DNA of 62,672 bases, filler included, from Perkinsus olseni (GCA_013115125.1; 12 parts of 12 records of this genome joined end to end with filler, not necessarily neighbours in it); one strand, 5' to 3'; shown: positions 50,301 to 61,828, numbered from the whole stretch's first letter. Translations and numbers: made by a program. The notes: generated from the sequence alone by a model not told the origin.

Positions 50301-50652
50301 GCTCTAGCACCCCATCTTGGTCGCAGAGACCGACATCGACGGAGACCACATCAGGTTTTGTAATGGTAGATAGAATACATGCGGCTCGTGGAGCCAGTAT
50401 AACCGCACGCGACCATTCCCTAGCCCCGGGAAGGGCATCAGCGTTACACTCGGCTTTAATGACGATCAGATCGCGGAAAGTGTTTCCGATACGATTCGGA
50501 GGTTCTTGGACTAGATATAGAGTGGTCACTCCACCATTGAGAGGGGTAGTCTCGTTGGCAAAGAAATCTTCAAATACTCCCCAGCTGCGGTTGGAGTTGA
50601 AGGATGCAATTCTACAGGAGGGCAGTGGACCGGCTACACCCGCAGGGAGCAT
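47326..50652 (-). CDS. LINE ORF2: APE endonuclease, reverse transcriptase, RNase H (1108 aa)
   Basis: LVQEP, GGDTNSHSYLW, SYIDL, GDH (APE); FDVASAFDKI, GIPQGGIISP, YADD, KWLG (RT); YSDGS, CEAVG, CDSQAA, WVKGH..NELSD (RNase H). Confidence 0.95.
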   Translation of the reverse strand: MLPAGVAGPLPSCRIASFNSNRSWGVFEDFFANETTPLNGGVTTLYLVQEPPNRIGNTFRDLIVIKAECNADALPGAREWSRAVILAPRAACILSTITKPDVVSVDVGLCDQDGVLEPLRLISFYADKLQDSNIVCRHLAELSGGNCVTVVGGDTNSHSYLWSARSLPTNDIRVARGRPFEEFILQEGFEVFKPPVPTYTSSLGASYIDLLACKRAPDCCFGFAPTCGDHVCLRVTLPCSNRKLASKPASSPKRYPSRTNWETFSETLSRAPIKLGLASTTAELDEMASAISDRLTNAIKRSTPLATRRDQSAGLKKPVWWNKNLDGLRREYNRARKLVRSTNRHRSTGADSTDGREAVRRTKRAYFNGIKQAKLDRLGRELSSMDETGVHRRFKTRTPATATYDKAEILDHFFGLRQQPPALGHGRFNHLSGDYSGNLAALGGPLTDEEVETAGRSLKTRKSCGHDGIFYEHVRYACQKVPWFRDAIGDVFNSILRLTYYPTIYKRSDLCLLFKANGPVALGSCLGKYFELLLKRRLLSALGIPPECVHGYVPHRSTVTAVQSIIDHQQQQDREARAITVTFDVASAFDKIAHSYIVTEITAITGIPQWGALIESYLHGGDVHLDGLKTYRAAGIPQGGIISPVCFCASTWRVGKRIGELRGPFSIRVAIYADDFCIRIVALGLLGLSEGVRQAVDTLSAWTEDADLSIDRQKTEALTDCSLTAELLKDELEGQDTQFVSDSIKGNIKWLGFWLTPSLSWSTHVDYAFGKALRALAIIRRLSGRSWGVSPGVALCAWRTHVVPILLYGIELWGGVASYEWFRKRCSRLEAVFFRSVCGLCRSTPTLFASRCFAMITEPLWLQARVRYADYHLHRSQGALSTRIRATLSKWGIEDCSGREVPRIVDDPHKAQPLHGWHCEMTSGMPPRPNNSAHYFYSDGSVVDRGNVVAKTGTGVVRLVSGHQSGHEGRCYNTGPHANILQCEAVGLWAAMSWALELRMQGDPRKTAYLCCDSQAAIRSVANVLRDSDRASTELTREVAGLIRRWIGQGTDGYQAYLWWVKGHVGHRFNELSDLYAGRAARSVPSTHRREVELPASSGGMDEVTYRR

Positions 50653-52244
50653 TATTCAGATCTCCCGTCGTCCAAAGCGACGGGAGAGAGAGCATCAACG
50701 GCCATGTTCATGGCCGCGCTGTCAGGCTGGTCAGCAGTTGGGGATGCATTCCCAGTTCTCACGGGATCAGCCCCCGGTGGATCACCGATTCTGTGGTAGA
50801 TTGGTTTACAACAGTGCTCTATTGCACTGTGAGCACCATTACAGTTAGAGCAGGAACGTAGTCCCTTATAGTATTTCGGGTGAGGACAGGCCTCTAGGCT
50901 ATGGCTGCCTCCGCAACGGACACATCGCGCTGGTGCAGAACAAGCGGCGTTCCCGCCTATTGGGTGAAAGCGGCCACATTTGTAGCAGAGAGAGCCCTTG
51001 CTACTCATTTTAGCCACCTTACAGCTCGCCAGTCCCAAAAATAATCGACCCTCTGCCGCGAATCTCGCCAAGGCAGAGCTGGGCCCACGGACAACCGCGA
51101 AGGCCTGCGTCTGCTTGATCACGGTGATCCTGGAAGTGTCTATTCCGTTTTTCCTTCCCAGGTCGTTCAGCAGGAATTGCCCGGAATACGAACTGAGTTC
51201 GGACGCAACCCGCGGGAATAGAATCTTAATAGTAGATGTACTTCTCAGAATCTCCTTGCAGATGAGGTTGGGGTCTCTGCCGATCATGCCCACCGCAGCG
51301 GTCCACTGTCGTCTATCAGGGAGGAGCAGACCCAGCCCTCCGCCAACGGCGAAGGTGCGTGTAACCCGCACACCGTTCAATAGCCCGGATGCGGCAGTGC
51401 GAACCGTCTCTAACTCATCTGCCGAGAGGTTCTCCCAGCGCCCAGTAGGCCCAACCTTTCCTCTGAGAGTGACACACAGGATGGTTGACTCGCTTACAGG
51501 TGGACCAGGTGGCCTAGTAGTGGGGTTGCTGACCGGAGTCGGCGTAGTAGTCGGATGGTTTGCGGCGCGTTGTCCGCGTTGTCGGCCCCTCCTACGTGGC
51601 GCAGCTAGTCTCCAGCCAGCGGTTTCAGTAGATTCCGCGTCCGATGTGACGGCAGTCGTGGGAACCACGGGTCGACCAGTCGTGGATGAGACCCTTCCAG
51701 TTCCTCCTGCCGCAGAGGCGATAGCGGGGAGGCTGGGAATGGGCTCTTCAGGGACGTCATTTCTTGAAGATGACGAATTAATCGAGTGGGCCGAGACGCA
51801 GTCAGACTCCTGTATGCTGCGAAAAATCTCGGAGTCCACCGATGCTCTACGCTTTTTACTACCCGATGATGCTACTGCCCTACGAGTCTCATCTATCTCA
51901 CTTTTAATTTCTACCATTTTCTTTCTCTCATTAGCTAATTCTAAGTATATGTGCAATAGTTCACAATCTTTCTTACTCTGAGTCTCTAGACTCTCTAACC
52001 AACGACCGCGGAGCTCAGAAATTACCTCCTTGAGCTTACCTGCTGCCGCCTTACTCCATACAGATTTTCTTGACGCAAAGGTATCCGTGGCGGCTACTAT
52101 CCATTCCAATAGTGCAGAAGTACTACTCGTTATATCTACTGATATATCTATAGGGGGACGCCTTGTTCTCCGTTCCTCCGCGCTTCCATCTCCAGCTTCA
52201 TCGACGATGGACTGGGAGGTGCGAGGGGGTGGAGACGCCGGCAT
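50652..52244 (-). CDS. LINE ORF1 gag-like nucleic-acid chaperone (530 aa)
   Basis: N-terminal coiled coil; three knuckles CYKCGRFH...C, CVRCGGSHSLEAC, CSNCNGAH...C. Confidence 0.9.
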   Translation of the reverse strand: MPASPPPRTSQSIVDEAGDGSAEERRTRRPPIDISVDITSSTSALLEWIVAATDTFASRKSVWSKAAAGKLKEVISELRGRWLESLETQSKKDCELLHIYLELANERKKMVEIKSEIDETRRAVASSGSKKRRASVDSEIFRSIQESDCVSAHSINSSSSRNDVPEEPIPSLPAIASAAGGTGRVSSTTGRPVVPTTAVTSDAESTETAGWRLAAPRRRGRQRGQRAANHPTTTPTPVSNPTTRPPGPPVSESTILCVTLRGKVGPTGRWENLSADELETVRTAASGLLNGVRVTRTFAVGGGLGLLLPDRRQWTAAVGMIGRDPNLICKEILRSTSTIKILFPRVASELSSYSGQFLLNDLGRKNGIDTSRITVIKQTQAFAVVRGPSSALARFAAEGRLFLGLASCKVAKMSSKGSLCYKCGRFHPIGGNAACSAPARCVRCGGSHSLEACPHPKYYKGLRSCSNCNGAHSAIEHCCKPIYHRIGDPPGADPVRTGNASPTADQPDSAAMNMAVDALSPVALDDGRSE

Positions 52245-52480
52245 TAAATGAGGGTTGTCGAGTCGTAAGTGCGCAAAGGGGTAGTAGGGTCGCTGTGTGT
52301 CTGGGGTCCAGTTGTTGTCGTTGGTGATGTTCTCGTTGTGGAGGTAGTCGAAGTNNNNNNNNNNNNNNNNNNNNNNNNNNNNNNNNNNNNNNNNNNNNTT
52401 AATTAATTAANNNNNNNNNNNNNNNNNNNNNNNNNNNNNNNNNNNNNNNNNNNNAGGGTATACAGTGCAGTATTCGTATA

Positions 52481-54903
52481 CTATATGACGTATAGTATAT
52501 CATACTGACAGCCGATCGCTCCAACCTTCGGTGGCCGGCTCCCCAAGTAAAGCTCGACTGCGTATCCATGTCCACAGCATCCCCAATCGCGATACTCCTT
52601 GCAAGTACAACTCGGTGGGGTCTTCTGGTCTATGAAGCCTATTTGTTGCTGTTGTGGCGCAAGAGCAACGAGATAGTAGCAAAAGTACCGCTTCATGACC
52701 TCCGTCAAAGTTAAGGCTACACCTGCAAAGTGAGAAAATTCTCTTACCAGCGAGTTCTGAATGGTATCACCCTCGTCGAGCTCATCCAGCAACATTCCGC
52801 GAAGGAAGAGCTGCGTGCTCGCTCTCGCCTGAACGTCATCTTCGCCCCTAGGCGTACGATTGTTCGGGAGTAGGAAATATCATGCCGCAATGTTGCCATG
52901 CATGATATTACCGACTATATCCGTAACCTACGAAACCTCAGTACGATAATGGTTCCGATGATTTCGATAACAACATCAGTATTCGGCATTCACCTCCTTT
53001 ATGCATCTCCGCTGATGGAACTTAGTCCCACGAAGTCTCATGTCTCCTTTATAATCAACTGCGTTGATAACTTCGGGCCTTCTAACGTAATGCTGGGGGC
53101 TCGATAGCTTGAGCGAGGTTATAACCTGCCGCACATGTCCTGGGATCATTCCGGTACTCACAACCGTGGTCATACTTTGCGAATCTTCGCGGCGAAGAAG
53201 GAAATATTCAACCTCTTCTTGCCCATGATACGAGTGTGGGTCTTATGGAAAGACTCCACGATGTTAGTCAAAACCTAAGCAGGGTTTAGTGGGTCTAGCA
53301 GCCTGTACTTCGAGGGAACTTCGTGAGGAAGTCACCCGTGGGTCATTACCTGATTTCCAACAACACCCTCGCCCGTAATGGCTATGTTAGGATGGCCATA
53401 TTGGTGAGGATCCAAAGTCCTCTCGAGATACTCCCCACCTCGAGGACAGACATCGGTGACGGCGTCTATGAGGGTTTCAGAGACCAAATCATACAGAGCA
53501 TCCGTAGGAGATGCGTGCAGCCAGTATTTATGCCGTTTCACCTGAAGGGCTCGGAGTGAATTTGTAATTATTCATTTCGCGTCGTTTCATATGACTTTCA
53601 AGCCGTTTTATAGCACGTACAACAGGAACTCACAATATCAAAGCCTTCGCCAAGGGTGCTTTTGTTGTCTTTCAAATTCTTAGTCAGATGGAAGTAGCAC
53701 CGAGCTAAAGGAGGAAAATAGAAGGTGCTTGAGTATTGGATCAAGCCTACCATTCCTAACGTTCGGAAGGACCTCGTGGCATGCTTTTAGCGCACCTTGA
53801 TGAGCATCGTGAACACAAAGGCTCACGACGCTCTGAATCGACTTCTCACCCCGGGTTAAGGCTTTCACAAGGGTGTCTAGATGGAGTAACAGATGATGAT
53901 ACACGTCGTAGCATTCCTCATTGATAATTGCCATGAAGAACGGCACGAAAGTATGCCTATACTGCCTGCGTGAAGTATCAAACCTGAAACGCTGAAGTAC
54001 CATCGCTGTTCCATATGGAACTGCTACCATATTCTTGAAGATCCGACCCACGCAACCTTCTGGCTCCCACGTATTATTTTGTTCTGTGCGTCCATGTACA
54101 GCGGGAATCCGGAAGGCATAGAACGGATGAACCAGAATAACGACGCTAACATACCTGAAATCGACGCTGCTATACTGCTGCCGTCCTTGGGGATGCTTTA
54201 CTTGCTCCTCCGACGACGCAGGCAAAGTTATCTCTCCAATACCCGCCATGGAAAACAAATTCCTTGGCGGGTAGTTTTTCTTCCCTGATAAAGTCGATGA
54301 GTTCTTGGCTTATCCGCGAGTCTTCGAAGACTTCCTCGAGCTCGAAAAAATTGCTGACCGGACGCACGCCTGCATCCCGTCTTCGAGGAAGGCCGGATAT
54401 GATATTTTGTACCTACGGTAGCTCAGATTCCACTATCCGAGCAAGAGGGCTACCATACTTGATTCCGGGTGATTCTTCCACATTCAACATAGTCTGGATA
54501 ATCCTCGGTCAAATTGTTGAATATATCACTCGCGGTATTTCCCCACCTTGAAGCCTTATCCACGATGTACGAGATAATCTTACGCGGATGCCGGGTCCTA
54601 TTTCTCTCACGTAAGATATCGCTGTGGTCTCCTGAATAAAGATACTTACTGACTTATAAAGCGATCGTGAAATTTAGCACCTGCTGTGAAAACAGCAACG
54701 TGATCGCCGTTGCTCACGAGCTTCCACTTCTTACTACAAGCGAGGTGATCGCCACAGTGATACACTTCGTAGTTGTCGCGACGGTAAGAGAGTAACGCGA
54801 CTTCATCCAGCTGAAGGCGGTCGAGAGCTGTTTTGAAAAAGTTGGCGCCAGCAGGAATTCCGTGGATCTCATTCTGTTGTTGCCAGTTAAGGTGACGGGG
54901 CAT
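52481..54903 (-). mobile_element. Mutator/MULE transposase gene, intron-containing
   Basis: N-terminal YHCGDHLAC zinc-binding motif, LYMDAQNK, HDAHQGALKACHEVLP, SWIM finger CTCKEYRDWGCCGH. Confidence 0.8.
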
Positions 54904-55050
54904 AGTGGATTTGCCGTTAAGTAAACCTGATATCCGACTATTGACAAATCATATCTGATATCCGTCAATTCCCTACAAATTTATCCAGCTACTCGACACA
55001 ACGCGCGATCTCAGAGCGAGTACAAGAAACCAAGCAGAAGTAGATGCCAA

Positions 55051-57060
55051 CTATTTGCGAGTGAGCCGGCGTATAACGATCCACTGCCTCGGATCGTGGT
55101 CGGTTTCAATGTGGAGGGTACTATTGCGAGCACCTGGAGACTTATCCAACCACTCTAAGGCCTGCTCATCAGTCAGTATAAATTTCACCGTCTGCTGTGC
55201 TGGCAGCACGGCAGCACCCAAAAAGATGGGCTGATTGTCTGCACTGAGCCGGCCAGGTGGTTTCACTACCACTCTGATATGACAAGTCGCCTTGAATGCT
55301 GAGACTATTTTTAGTCCCACTTCTCCATTTTCCAGCCATTTCGCTGTACCGTTCATAGAGGTGCTCGCCTTGGTTTTTTTAGAGAGAGGAAAACTCTCCG
55401 GCAACTTTGGAACAGGTGCCTCGTGACTATCGACCGCCTGCTGAATGACGAGTACACTCGATGAGTCCAGGTTGCTAGCACACCTTCCGTTTCTTCGAGG
55501 TTCTCCGAATAGCATCGAGAGTGCCGTCCTGTGTAACTGCCAAAGGCGATTCTGGTGTCGATGATGTGATGAAGGAAGGCCTGAGAGTCATCACAGAGCC
55601 CGTCGACGATTCTATAAAGTTGCGTGTCAGTTCGATTACACTGTCTTTTTAACGCCCGCAGCGGCTTGAGACGTTCGACCGCCGTTGGGGCTCTCAAGTA
55701 CCACAGTAGGCGAAACGGAGTAGGCAGATGTCTCGTCCTCCTGGCTCCGTAGCAACGAAAGCTGAGTTTCGAGCTTGTTGATTTTCTCGAATGCGACCGC
55801 CTGAGGCACTGACGTGTAGGATGAGACCACAAATGAATCACGCCAGCCAACGAGCGAGCGTGCCTACTGAGCAAACCCTACTCTAGTTTTCTGAAGGTCT
55901 TTCATCATGTCGCTCGTTTCATTCTCCGAGCGCTTCCGCTCCGCCTAATACACGACAATATGTTGTAGTGAATAATATTCACTGAATATGTGACGCGATC
56001 AAACCTCCACCAAGTGGAGTCCACTTGTGTTTACCTTCTCAGATTCCACTTCTTTCTCGAGACGAGCAATTTGCTTTTCCATGTTAGCCTACCACAAATG
56101 CAAGATGGTTAAGGTGGTTCACCTCTGCAGAAGTGCGAGTGAAACTTAACACATATCCACACCTTCTCCTCCTGTAACTCCTCCAAGGCTCCCTCTGCCT
56201 CCTCTGCCCTCTTGTCTGCTTCGGCCTGCGAAAGAAAAACATCAACTAGCTACAGAGAAGTTGAACATCCTCAAACGAGTTTACCTTCTGCGCCGTCAGC
56301 CTCTGCAAGGCTTCCTGTACCTCCTCAACCTTTTTGTTTGCTTCAGCCTGCGAAAGAAAAACATCAACTAGCTACGGAGAAGTTGAACATCCTCAAACGA
56401 GTTTACCTTCTCCACCTTCAGGCCCTGCAAGGCTCCCTCTGCTTCCTCTGCCCTCTTGTCTGCTTCAGCCTGCGAAAGAAAAACATCAACTAGCTACGGA
56501 GAAGTTGAACATCCTCAAACGAGTTTACCTTCTCCACCTTCAGGCCCTGCAAGGCTCCCTCTGCTTCCTCTGCCCTCTTGTCTGCTTCAGCCTGCGAAAG
56601 AAAAACATCAACTAGCTACTAAAAATTCAAGGTACGGAGCCTAAGTTCCGCAGGGTACTGTTTACCTTTTGAGCTGCGAGCTCTTCCTTGAGTGCCTCTG
56701 TGGTGGCCAACAAACCCTGGCTTCTAGTAGTAAGGTCAGCGATTTGCTTCTCTGCATCAGCCTAACAAAAGCCCATAATGCGCTGTTATAATGGATAGTG
56801 AGTCACTATTAGTCATTATCGTGTTTCTCTTCACCTTTCGGTTCGACAGTAGTTGCTTGGCTACGTCTACGGTAGCTGATGAATCACCCTGGGCAGTCTC
56901 ACAGCGTTGACGTAAATCGTCGAGCTCTGCCCTGTCCTGCGCCCGCTCTTCGGCCTAATGAGTGAGTTGAGGTAGTCACACGATGATGTCACCGCTGACG
57001 ATGCAAGAAACCTACGAATCTCTGGTTCATGCGACTGCGCCGCTTAGACCTTGTTGTCAT
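55051..57060 (-). CDS. Multi-exon coiled-coil protein upstream of the MULE transposase
   Basis: ATG at 57060 (MTTRSKRRSR), many short exons including four 63-nt repeat exons, final ~154-codon segment ending at 55051. Confidence 0.55.
56163..56618. repeat. 122-bp tandem exon+intron repeat, ~4 copies
   Basis: 63-nt exons at 56163-56225, 56285-56347, 56407-56469, 56529-56591 separated by 59-nt GT-AG introns. Confidence 0.9.
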
Positions 57061-57348
57061 ACTCAATGTGATCTACAGAACTAGAAGAGAAGAAAGCTGG
57101 TCGCAACGAATTATTGACTAGAACCCCTTGAATTGACTACTTCATGCGCAAGTTGCGCAGCGCAACATATCTGGGTGGGTCGAGTCCAAACCTAGACTTA
57201 GATCTCAGCTGATGAATCACCATGTGAAAGGTCATGGCGTGAATGATTGAAAAAGTGAGCGGATCACATCGATGCCGAAACTGAAAGTCATGAAGAGCCC
57301 GTGCGAACCCAGCGTGCTTTGTATGAGATGATCTATTTGACCGAGACG

Positions 57349-57517
57349 ACTTATATACGATAAGGTAAACACGTGGCGCACTCACGGCCTACACTTATAT
57401 GTGATAAGGTAAACACGTGGCGCACTCACGGCCTACACTTATATGTGATAAGGTAAACACATGGCACACTCACGGCCTACACTTATATGTGATAAGGTAA
57501 ACACGTGGCGCACTCAC
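57349..57517. repeat. 44-bp tandem repeat, ~4 copies, running into the contig end
   Basis: ACTTATATGTGATAAGGTAAACACGTGGCGCACTCACGGCCTAC. Confidence 0.92.
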
Positions 57518-57920
57518 NNNNNNNNNNNNNNNNNNNNNNNNNNNNNNNNNNNNNNNNNNNNTTAATTAATTAANNNNNNNNNNNNNNNNNNNNNNNNNNN
57601 NNNNNNNNNNNNNNNNNCATCGGAGGTGGGTCGTCATACACTTACTCAGACTTAAGTTCGCGTGTTAAGTATATTTATATGGGCTCCAGTATGCATCCGT
57701 GATTTCAACATGTCCTTTGATACTGAGCCTCTGAAATCGTGAATACCTTCAGGATCACCAAACTATCACGGTATCTGGGATTGACACATACGAATTATAA
57801 TTGCGATGAAGAGATCATCATGGGGCAATGATATCGTGTATTTGCATTGATTCAGCGGACTTCATACAACGGACTATTCCTACCTATAACTTACTGAAGC
57901 TCAAGATTCTCGAGACTCCA

Positions 57921-57999
57921 GACCAGCTAAATCACTACCTCAATTCTCATTATTCTTGAGTCAAGAATGATGAGAATTGAGATAGTAATTTAGCTGGTC
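57921..57999. repeat. 79-bp near-perfect palindrome
   Basis: 39-bp arms with 3 mismatches and a 1-nt centre. Confidence 0.85.
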
Positions 58000-58523
58000 G
58001 ACGCTTTTTGCCGACTCGCCAATGGAGAGCCGAGCTATTTCTGAGTATCGTCACATCTCACCGGACCGGTGGCACCGGTGTGTTCTTTCAGTCCATGCCC
58101 TACACGAACATCAAAAATGTTGCTCTGGCAGTACGGGAGAGAAGTGGATGTTAGAATCCAACAGTTGGATAGGCCATGGTTGAGTGGCGATGGAGACTCC
58201 GTCACGGAGCTAGATAGGTAGCACACACAATGTAAATTGCATAATGTATTGCATCATTGTCGGACCAGTGATTAAAATGAATTGATTTGAGTCGGATCCC
58301 ACCTGTGTGTGTTCTGTGTCGGGATTGTAGTTGAGTCCCGACACAGGACACACACAGGTGGGAATCATTCCACGTTGTCTTCACAATGAATACTTTTGGA
58401 TTGACTAGCACAACAGCAACGAGTATCACAGAAACTTCCAACTGAAACGGGCGCGACAACTTAATTTGTACTTAAAAATTGTGATAAAATAATCAAAATT
58501 CTTGAGTGAGAATAGGGCGACAA

Positions 58524-61500
58524 TCAGAAATTCATGAAGCGATTTTGCGCCGCCGCATCTAGTGTCAGACTTTTCGCTAATGCGGGTTGCGCTTTTCTAG
58601 GACGACCAGGCTTACGAGTGTTCCTCTGTATCGGCATCGAAAATCTGTCCGCCTGGTTGAGCATTCCTCGCCGGGCTCCTACTCCAATGCAATGAAGGCA
58701 CTGCTTGTTTTTCAGGAAGCTTGGACAAGTACAATTAAAGTGCCTCCAATTTGTGGATCCCGCCGGTATGGTCACCATATAGATCTTACTCAGCATAGCG
58801 GCGATAGATACGAAATTTGGATGCTCGAATCTCCCATAGAGAGTGCCAAGGAATTTGTGCACATTCTCCAGAGACAGGTAGGATGGAGCGGCACCTCGGG
58901 ACCGGACAAACACATATGTCCCTTGTGGCAGCTCTACCATCCTCATGGCCTCATTCTCCGCCCACTTCGCGGCGGATACGAAGAGAGATTTTGATGCCCC
59001 GAGATCATCGATATCTTCGAACTGCCTATCTCCGGAACCACTAGCATAATTGAGAGCCTCACTGTATCCCGGAACCACCTTGCTCTGCACTAAGGTAAGA
59101 AATGTGCCCAAGGGCAGCTTCTCTCGTAGAGTTTTTATTTTCAGCTGGTTATTCATGGATTCCAACCCATTATTAGTGGATGGCAGCCGGGGTGCAAAAC
59201 CCTCCCACCAGGTGTTGTAGGGAGGATTTTGCACCCAGCTTTCCCTGATATACTTCAAGAGCTCCGGGTGTCGTGGCTCGTGTTGAGCTGCGAACAACCG
59301 GAACATTTCGAAGAAGGCTTTTTGGGAAGTAGCAAGCTGCACGTAAGAGAGATCACGCATGATGATATTCTCATCCCGCTCCTCCATTTTCAGGCCCCTC
59401 ATGAACGTCTCAACATTCTTCTTCATATGGTACCAGCACATGGCCCTCCCGGCAGCTGGGAAGACTTGCCCCGCAGNNNNNNNNNNNNNNNNNNNNNNNN
59501 NNNNNNNNNNNNNNNNNNNNNNNNNNNNNNNNNNNNNNNNNNNNNNNNNNNNNNNNNNNNNNNNNNNNNNNNATGTCCTTGAGAGTGTTACTGTCTTTGC
59601 TGTGTGTCCTTGAGACGGTCCTTGCTGTGTGTCCTTGAGAGTGTTACGGTCCTTGCTGTGTGTCCTTGAGAGTGTTACTGTCTTTACTGTGTGTCCTTGA
59701 GAGTGTTACGGTCCTTGCTGTGTGTCCTTGAGAGTGTTACTGTCTTTACTGTGTGTCCTTGAGAGTGTTACGGTCCTTGCTGTGTGTCCTTGAGAGTGTT
59801 ACTGTCTTTGCTGTGTGTCCTTGAGACGGTCCTTGCTGTGTGTCCTTGAGAGTGTTACGGTCCTTGCTGTGTGTCCTTGAGAGTGTTACTGTCTTTACTG
59901 TGTGTCCTTGAGAGTGTTACGGTCCTTGCTGTGTGTCCTTGAGAGTGTTACTGTCTTTACTGTGTGTCCTTGAGAGTGTTACGGTCCTTGCTGTGTGTCC
60001 TTGAGAGTGTTACTGTCTTTGCTGTGTGTCCTTGAGAACGTAGAACGTAACCTGTCCCCGTGACACCCGTGTGATAACCACTTGAGACTTACGACAAATG
60101 CTTTGTCAGGTTCTTGATCGCCAGGAAGCTGCGAATGCTCCTCCGTCATGGATATGAGGTCGCTCATGGTAATCACCATACTTCCTCCATTTGTGGCCTT
60201 CTTGACTCGTGCGAGGTAATTCTTCACCTATCCAGTAAGAGCAGTATCGAGAGAGTGACTCATATTCAACCTACCTGGCGCTTGTCTTTCGGTCTATCTT
60301 CCTGTTGGATTTTCCCTTTGTTGATCCTTCTCAATATTTTGTCCCATATTGTTGGTAGGTCCACTACACCTTCCCCTACTTTACGCTCAATAAACTCCTT
60401 GACTTCCTCAGCAAGACCTCTCTTCTTGGCATCCTCGTCATGGAGATGGGTTCCATCATTGGAAAACATAACGACCCTCGAAGAGGTGGTCTCATAATGG
60501 AGGTAAATTTGATGCCCCACGGGGTTCCCTCCAGCCATCACGGACGTTGTAGACTCTTCTCTATGGTTGGCCGGCTTACCGCAATCGCGGCAGTAGTAAT
60601 ACCGCTTGAATCCATACTTCTTCGTATAATTCGTCCTGAGACATATCAGGCGAGCAGATGATGTACCTGCGATCTGCGAGATTACCTCTGCAACCCGTAT
60701 GAGTGGGTTTCCAACCACGCATCAGCATCGTCTTCATTGTCGAACACTTTCTCTCTGTTCCAGGCGATAGCGTCACCGCGTCCACGCTTGACGGCTCCGT
60801 GTTCTCCCTCTCCAACCGATTCGGCACTGCTGTCATCCTCATCGGCAGCAGCGTGGTCTTGCCCTGCCGGTGGTAACAGCAGCTCATTGACCTCGTTTGT
60901 AGGGATTCGCCCTTGCGAGAGGAGCCGAGCGATGTCGTGGAGGATCTGGTGAGCAATATTCCGAGGTACGCAGTAATGGTGAGATGCACTTTCAGGCCCG
61001 GCTTTTACCTCTCCCGCGTCCTGGCGCGCTGCCTCGGCAGTGGATGATACCGACTCACCCCGAGTGGGACGGCCTGATGGACTCTTTTGCGAGTACGGCA
61101 TAGTTGTACCTTTAGCTTACCACCTCGCGAAGCATCCATTGGAAGCATTTCAGGATCCAACAGCATTTCGAGCTCCTCCTCTGTGAGTGATGAAAGGTAC
61201 CTGATTCCTTCGTGGATAGCGATGGAGGACTGGTGAACGTAAGTAAGTACTTGAGTATCTCGTCTTGGTCACTCCCATCCATGACTACCATCTCGCCGCA
61301 GCGACGGCCGGAAAACCCTTCGTTCATATCGTTGCATATCATCGGATTTTGATCAATCTTATTGGTATTCTGTGGAGGTTGCCGAGATGACGAGCTCGGA
61401 ATCGAAGGTAATACCACAATCTCCGTTCCGCCACTGCGTGCATCAGAATTGTCGGAAAACTTGTCGTCAATCGGGTCTTCTATATCAGCGGGCAACGGCC

Positions 61501-61828
61501 TGGTCGAGAACCCACCATTGCTCTCCTCGGAGGGATACATCCTTGTCTCAGGTGGACTGTTCAGTCCAAGTCCGCTTAACGGCCCATAAGGGAAGGCCTC
61601 CATGCCAACGTTCAGAGTAGGGTTAGCCGAAGAATTTCCCTTGGGATCACTCCTAGAACTGGTACTACGCACCCGTTTTGTATTAGGCAAGCACTTCGCT
61701 TTCGGCTTCGGCCTAGCCCTTCTTTTCGCCTTCGCCTTAGGTACCGGTTTACCCTTATCGTCCGTACCAGGCTGCTGATAGCGCGAAGGCAACTTTATCG
61801 GCGTGCCGGTAGATTTGCGGGTTCTCAT
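58524..61828 (-). mobile_element. Mutator/MULE transposase gene, spliced, interrupted by an assembly gap (5' extent uncertain)
   Basis: YYYCRDCG...HLH zinc domain, MCWYH (CxxH), TNNGLESMNNQLK (catalytic Glu), SWIM CTCPSFLKNKQCLH, basic tail KPGRPRK. Confidence 0.88.
59575..60036. repeat. 31-bp minisatellite with alternating variants, ~15 units
   Basis: TGTCCTTGAGAGTGTTAC(TGTCTTT/GGTCCTT)RCTGTG repeated. Confidence 0.95.

Larger units (their letters stand above)
47254..52354 (-). mobile_element. Non-LTR retrotransposon with RNase H (I/R1/Tad1-group-like), 3' end cut by contig edge
   Basis: ORF1 with CCHC knuckles followed by ORF2 APE-RT-RNase H. Confidence 0.93.

Noticed and set aside
50998-51981. 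327-aa plus-strand ORF (also 49436-50059)
   Set aside because: Antisense shadows of the LINE ORFs with no independent motifs
59575-60036. CRISPR-like array
   Set aside because: Units are contiguous with no unique spacers, there are no cas genes and the context is eukaryotic; it is a minisatellite
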